Part shown: positions 27,947-31,989 of the stretch, in pieces
How the letters are laid out: every line of letters begins with the position of its first letter
Position numbering within the stretch: position 1 is the stretch's first letter
IMG/VR virus record: IMGVR_UViG_3300033388_000562
Span: 1 to 31,989 of that record
Direction: 5' to 3' (one strand)
Source: a virus
Taxonomy: Duplodnaviria; Caudoviricetes
DNA length: 31,989 nucleotides
Translations under genes and position numbers: made by a program
The notes under the pieces: generated by a model
Told to the model about the DNA's origin: nothing
The model's input: the letters and a program-made list of their open reading frames with translations, nothing else
Database searches by the model: none

Positions 27947-28204
27947 TTACAGAACTACAACGACATCCTTTTCCTCAACAACAGTGTATAGATTTCCTTT
28001 CAATCTAATCTCGTGAGTTGTTAGGGTATTGTAGTATATTTCGTCATCTTTTTTAAGGTATTCAATTAATTTACCCGATGATATTATTTTTCCTTTACGA
28101 TACCTCATTCCGATAGTATCTTCAGATGTTAGTAAGAGTCCCCCTTGGCTTTTGTGAGACTCTTTAACTTCGTCAACGATAATGTACCTTCCTAATGCTT
28201 TCAT
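27947..28204 (-). CDS. groES: Co-chaperonin GroES (85 aa)
   Basis: MKALGRYIIV, mobile loop KSQGGLLL, GKIISSG, LKKDDEIYY, YTVVEEKDVVVVL. Confidence 0.85.
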   Translation of the reverse strand: MKALGRYIIVDEVKESHKSQGGLLLTSEDTIGMRYRKGKIISSGKLIEYLKKDDEIYYNTLTTHEIRLKGNLYTVVEEKDVVVVL

Positions 28205-28551
28205 TTAAATTTAACTTTATTTTCTGGAAAATTAACTGCATCTTGTAACTCATTGTGCGATTCAACTAGTTTTTGGAATTCATCTGCATTATTAAAGCAC
28301 CAATCCCAAACAACTCCCTTCATTGTTGTCCTATCTACTCTTATGTGTTTTACCATATCTAAGAATAAATCAGCCATTTTCATCAACCCTTCCATTGTTG
28401 ATGATTTAAATTGTGCCTCATAACCTGCCATTTCCATAATGTTTTTAAATGTTCCTACATACATATCATCATAACCGGGATAGTAATACACATCAAACGA
28501 ATAACGAATATCTCCGTAATGTTTTTCTCCTAAATCTTTTAGTGTTTTCAT
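28201..28551 (-). CDS. Hypothetical protein, weakly HicB-like N-terminal half (116 aa)
   Basis: Y.F.VYYYPGYDDMYVG.F......F.SST.EGL..MA..FLD pattern; ATGA overlap with groES. Confidence 0.6.
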   Translation of the reverse strand: MKTLKDLGEKHYGDIRYSFDVYYYPGYDDMYVGTFKNIMEMAGYEAQFKSSTMEGLMKMADLFLDMVKHIRVDRTTMKGVVWDWCFNNADEFQKLVESHNELQDAVNFPENKVKFK

Positions 28552-28552
28552 T

Positions 28553-28723
28553 TTATTTGTTTTTAAATTTAACTGGATACTTAGATAAGTACGGAATCAC
28601 ATCTTTTAGTTTTGCAAACTTTATGTAATCCCCTTTCTCATCTAATACTTTTATTTGTTTAATAATAATATCTTGACCGTCATAATCGTATCTTACTATT
28701 TCAAGACTATGTGGTTTTTTCAT
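28553..28723 (-). CDS. Small hypothetical protein (56 aa, not in the track)
   Basis: MKKPHSLEIVRYDYDGQDIIIKQIKVLDEKGDYIKFAKLKDVIPYLSKYPVKFKNK; ATGA overlap upstream, 1-nt gap downstream. Confidence 0.7.
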   Translation of the reverse strand: MKKPHSLEIVRYDYDGQDIIIKQIKVLDEKGDYIKFAKLKDVIPYLSKYPVKFKNK

Positions 28724-28950
28724 GGGGTGAGTATTTCTTGTTCAGCCAACATAGAGCCTAGTAATTGATTTTCGTATTCTAATCTTAGAACCTCATCCCT
28801 TGTAAGGTCGTATATTCGTTTACTTGTTTTATATTTAAACTTCCAATCTGACTCTCTCTTTAAAGACTTATCAAGTTTGTCTATTAAGTGAAAGTTGAAC
28901 AATAGTAATGTAACACATATTATCGATAAAACATAAAACACAGTTCTCAT
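28720..28950 (-). CDS. Membrane-anchored coiled-coil protein (76 aa)
   Basis: Hydrophobic N-terminus VFYVLSIICVTLLLF; start overlaps the groEL stop. Confidence 0.6.
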   Translation of the reverse strand: MRTVFYVLSIICVTLLLFNFHLIDKLDKSLKRESDWKFKYKTSKRIYDLTRDEVLRLEYENQLLGSMLAEQEILTP

Positions 28951-30518
28951 TTTAAATCTCTTACGTTAGTTATAATTGCATTGGTACTAAGTATGGTCGA
29001 TGCTATAGAGATAGCGTTTGTAACGGCACTCTTAGTTACTTTTGAGGGGTCTATGATTCCTAGTTTAATCATGTTTCCGTATTTATCATTCTTCACATCA
29101 TAACCAATCCCAGGATCGAGACAATTTTCAATTTGATTCTTATCTAGTCCGGCATTACTCAGTATTTGATAGAACGGTGACTTAAGTGCGTCCTCTAAAA
29201 TTTTCATCGCTACTCTTTGGTTTTGGCCATCACCGAGCTTTGCGAGGTCGTCCGATATTTCTTTTAAAGCCACGCCTCCTCCGGGTAGGATTCCATCTTC
29301 GAGAGCTGCTCTTGTAGCGCAAACTGCATCGTCCACTCTGTCTCTTTTCTCCTTTTGCTCAATATCTGAGTTCGCCCCGACATGGATAACTCCAATTTTG
29401 CCAGAAATCAACGCTATACGCTCCTTTATAAAATCTGCGTCCTTAGATGTTTCGTGTAAATCCCATAGCGACTTAACGTGAGATTCTATTTCGACATCTA
29501 CATAAGGGTCTTCATGTCTTACGATAATTGTATTAGCCGAATCCACGATAACCTTTCGGGCGGAACCTAGGTCTTGCTGACGTACTAGCTGAAAATTGTC
29601 ACCAGTATCCTCACTGAAGTAAGTAGCTCCGGTGGCTGTAGCTAGGTCTTGCATTAATTCATCTTTCTTCCATCCAAACTCTGGCGGTTGTACAACACAA
29701 ACCTTTAATCCGTTTCTGACTTTGTTTAAATTTAGAGTGTTCATGACTTTAGCATCCACATCTCCTATGATAAGTATAGACTTTCCGTTCTGCATTACAT
29801 CGGCTAGTACAGCTTCAATCGATCCTATGCTTTCTACAGTTGAGTTTAGTATTAAAATGTAAGGGTTGTCTAAAACGCACTCTTCAGATTTATTGTCTGT
29901 TATAAAGTACCTGGACATGTACCCTCGCTTGAGTCTCATACCTTCGCTTGTGGAGAACCACGTTTCGTGGCCATTAGAATTTTCTACTGTAACAACCCCA
30001 GAGGTTCCCACCTTAGCGTATGCGTCAGCTATAATCTTACCGATCTCTTTATCGTTGTTAGCGGAAACGCTCGCCACATCTAAAATCTTTTTAGCGGAAA
30101 CTTTTTTCTTTTTCTTATCTAGCATTGAGATTATCAAATTGGTAGATTCCTGTAGATTACGCATAATCTCTGTTAAATTCATGTGAGGTTGAATTCTTTC
30201 TTGAGCTGCATCTATAATGGCTTGAGTTAAAACGATAGCTGTTGTAGTTCCGTCTCCAGCTTCATTCGCTGTTCTCTCAGCTGCCTCTCTAATTATACGT
30301 ACCGCTAAATCTTCTGTGGGGTCTAAAAGGTTTATACTCTTAGCTACTGTGACACCATCCTTAGTAATGGTTACTCCTCCTGCATGGTTTTCTGATTCTA
30401 TCAAAACTGTTTTTCCTCTAGCTCCTAGAGTACTCTTTACAGCATCAGCTATTTTATTAACGCCACTGATTAAGCGTTCTCTCGCTTCTTTATCGAAGCT
30501 TATGTCTTTTACTATCAT
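28947..30518 (-). CDS. groEL: Chaperonin GroEL (523 aa)
   Basis: AVKSTLGARG, ITKDGVTVAK, AGDGTTTA ATP-binding motif, KRDRVDDAVCATRAA, GILPGGG, GIIDPSKVT. Confidence 0.97.
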   Translation of the reverse strand: MIVKDISFDKEARERLISGVNKIADAVKSTLGARGKTVLIESENHAGGVTITKDGVTVAKSINLLDPTEDLAVRIIREAAERTANEAGDGTTTAIVLTQAIIDAAQERIQPHMNLTEIMRNLQESTNLIISMLDKKKKKVSAKKILDVASVSANNDKEIGKIIADAYAKVGTSGVVTVENSNGHETWFSTSEGMRLKRGYMSRYFITDNKSEECVLDNPYILILNSTVESIGSIEAVLADVMQNGKSILIIGDVDAKVMNTLNLNKVRNGLKVCVVQPPEFGWKKDELMQDLATATGATYFSEDTGDNFQLVRQQDLGSARKVIVDSANTIIVRHEDPYVDVEIESHVKSLWDLHETSKDADFIKERIALISGKIGVIHVGANSDIEQKEKRDRVDDAVCATRAALEDGILPGGGVALKEISDDLAKLGDGQNQRVAMKILEDALKSPFYQILSNAGLDKNQIENCLDPGIGYDVKNDKYGNMIKLGIIDPSKVTKSAVTNAISIASTILSTNAIITNVRDLK

Positions 30519-30544
30519 GAATTAAATTTTATTAAAGTCTTAGA

Positions 30545-30552
30545 CAAATATA
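30545..30552 (-). promoter_or_regulatory. Bacteroidota -7 box TATATTTG (groEL operon)
   Basis: TAnnTTTG match 26 nt before ATG 30518. Confidence 0.7.
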
Positions 30553-30596
30553 TACAAAAACCACACCTAACCAAAATACATGTCAAATAGTCCATA

Positions 30597-30927
30597 ATGT
30601 TGGAATGTTACTTTTTAAGCCCCTATACTTCTTTTTTATTTTTACTACTTTCTTTTTATATTTTTTTTTTCCTTACGTAGAGAAAAACCAACATATAACA
30701 TAAATTATAATATAACTATACTGATTTACAGATAGTTACAGTAGGTTACTTCAACCATATTCTTGACATAAAACCAACATAAACATGTTATAAACCAACA
30801 TAAATCATAAAATTATCCGTTTTAAAACGCTTAATACCGTTTAAGTCAACTACAAAAAAGTGGTCAGAAAGTGGTCGGACTTACAAAAACCAACATTCCA
30901 ACATAGTTTTATGTTACAAAAATGTTA
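30597..30927. repeat. Non-coding iteron-like repeat region (possible origin or protein-binding array)
   Basis: AAACCAACAT at 30685, 30771, 30792 and 30887; 13-bp inverted repeat 30597-30609/30892-30904; T-rich tract 30630-30670. Confidence 0.65.
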
Positions 30928-31086
30928 CTATGAACCACACCCAATGCAGTCAAAGTGGGAGTCTTCAGGCTTTACTCCTTTATCTTTCATTTCTAGATTA
31001 TGTATCTGATCACGTATACTCATGTCATTCATCATGTCACCAGTGAGTTTACTTTTTAGAATTTCTATTTCTTCTTTTATATTCAT
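30928..31086 (-). CDS. Small protein ending in CxxCGS (52 aa, not in the track)
   Basis: MNIKEEIEILKSKLTGDMMNDMSIRDQIHNLEMKDKGVKPEDSHFDCIGCGS; A-rich leader. Confidence 0.75.
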   Translation of the reverse strand: MNIKEEIEILKSKLTGDMMNDMSIRDQIHNLEMKDKGVKPEDSHFDCIGCGS

Positions 31087-31106
31087 TGTGTATTATTTAT
31101 TATCGC

Positions 31107-31137
31107 AAAAAAAAGGTGCTACGATTAAGCAACACCT
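31107..31137 (-). terminator. Intrinsic terminator
   Basis: Minus strand AGGTGTTGC-ttaatc-GTAGCACCT (with G-U pairs) followed by a T tract. Confidence 0.7.
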
Positions 31138-31184
31138 CCTTTTTTTCCATCAAGAGAACGAGAACTATATGGAGAAAGAAATCG

Positions 31185-31367
31185 TTATAATTTTTTAAAT
31201 AAGTTTATGTTCATGTTAGAGAGCTCATTTCCTTCAGCTATCATTCTAACCTTTTCTGCTCTTTTCATTTCCTTACGAAAGCGAGCTGCTTTTGAAATAC
31301 CCATCTCCAATTCTGGAGCGTTGTTTATAAGTCTTCCTTTTTTGATTGTGTAATCTCTATCCATCAT
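31185..31367 (-). CDS. Small hypothetical protein (60 aa)
   Basis: Has its own promoter 5 nt upstream and a terminator downstream. Confidence 0.65.
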   Translation of the reverse strand: MMDRDYTIKKGRLINNAPELEMGISKAARFRKEMKRAEKVRMIAEGNELSNMNINLFKKL

Positions 31368-31372
31368 AGATA

Positions 31373-31380
31373 CAAATATA
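31373..31380 (-). promoter_or_regulatory. Bacteroidota -7 box TATATTTG
   Basis: TAnnTTTG match 5 nt before ATG 31367. Confidence 0.7.
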
Positions 31381-31385
31381 CTAAA

Positions 31386-31523
31386 TTATTTCCATATAAA
31401 CACTAAGCGCACTATCAGTAACGACATTATAAATTCCTTGTAATCGTGATTGGGATCCGGGCTGTAATACTCTACACCTACTAACACTCCAACTTTAAGT
31501 AAACTCTCTAAGTAAATCTCCAT
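31386..31523 (-). CDS. Small hydrophobic beta-rich protein (45 aa, not in the track)
   Basis: MEIYLESLLKVGVLVGVEYYSPDPNHDYKEFIMSLLIVRLVFIWK. Confidence 0.65.
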   Translation of the reverse strand: MEIYLESLLKVGVLVGVEYYSPDPNHDYKEFIMSLLIVRLVFIWK

Positions 31524-31528
31524 TAATA

Positions 31529-31536
31529 CAAAGGTA
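31529..31536 (-). promoter_or_regulatory. Bacteroidota -7 box TACCTTTG
   Basis: TAnnTTTG match 5 nt before ATG 31523. Confidence 0.7.
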
Positions 31537-31696
31537 AAAATTAATATGGCATAAATAGAAGTAATGGGTTATATATACGTGTCACGCTGGGTGTGGCAAA
31601 AAAAAAATTGGTTGGTTCTTCGTGGGGGGGTATAAAAAAAACTGTTTTACTTTCTATTTTTTTGGCTTTTTGTTTCCGTATGTCTGCATCCCATTA

Positions 31697-31811
31697 GTTG
31701 TTGTAGTTGTTACACTTACTATGTTGTTGTTGGTGTTGGTTGGTTGGTTGTTCGGTTGGTTGGTTGGTGTTGTTCCTTGTTCCCCTTCACCCCTTCACCC
31801 CTTCACCCCTT
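31697..31811. repeat. Simple-sequence tract: (GTT)n/(GGTT)n followed by CCCCTTCA x3.75
   Basis: Directly visible; the tandem octamer spans 31782-31811. Confidence 0.85.
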
Positions 31812-31989
31812 GTAACCTTCTTAAATGAACACATTAACAGAGGTAAAGGAATGCATCTGAAAAATATTATTTCGTTATTAACTAATTAACTAAACTTTTA
31901 TTCTGTAATCATTTGAATTCCAGGCATTTCACCAAATATTATTTCGTTTAAAAAAAAAGATCAAAATATAGTTTCAATTTCACTTCAAA

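Noticed and set aside
28947-30518. groEL as host chromosome flanking a prophage
   Set aside because: It is divergent, lacks the GGM tail, is coupled to phage-type ORFs in reversed order to groES, and no integrase, att site or other host genes are present.
7070-30525. Numerous plus-strand ORFs (e.g. 7070, 7361, 9528, 13489, 16911, 19667, 26341, 29866)
   Set aside because: Antisense shadows of well-supported minus-strand genes with no recognisable motifs; only 25459..25860 is retained.
30685-30904. Possible mini-CRISPR array
   Set aside because: Repeats are only ~10 bp with irregular spacing (86, 21 and 95 bp), and there are no cas genes.
31622-31889. Two plus-strand hydrophobic ORFs
   Set aside because: They are translations of simple GTT/GGTT/CCCCTTCA repeats.
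1-31989. Alternative genetic code (stop reassignment as in some crAss-like phages)
   Set aside because: Genes are intact and densely packed under the standard code; TAA, TAG and TGA all serve as stops.

Overview
A 32-kb stretch of a tailed dsDNA phage genome, AT-rich and almost entirely on the minus strand. It is most likely a podovirus-type phage of Bacteroidota (Flavobacteriia-like), because 11 intergenic TAnnTTTG promoter boxes and A-rich translation starts without Shine-Dalgarno sequences are visible. In transcription order (right to left) it holds a repeat-rich non-coding end, three tiny ORFs, an origin-like iteron region, and groEL separated from groES by three ORFs. Next come about eight tiny Lys/Arg-rich proteins, a single inverted winged-helix gene behind a palindromic double promoter, and a head-spike/fibre and decoration block. 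These are followed by a lysis cassette, a YadA-like fibre, a tandem double-GroES gene, terminase small and large subunits, portal, scaffold, major capsid protein, accessory head proteins, two head-tail ring proteins and a >1280-aa tail protein that runs off the window. The best leads are a three-component chaperonin system, the inverted regulator with overlapping promoters, the basic mini-protein array, a terL with no ATG start (possible TerS-TerL frameshift), a shared insertion module in capsid proteins, and a free-standing CxxCGS mini-protein. All functional calls come from motif recognition and recall, not database searches. No tRNA, CRISPR array or integrase was seen.
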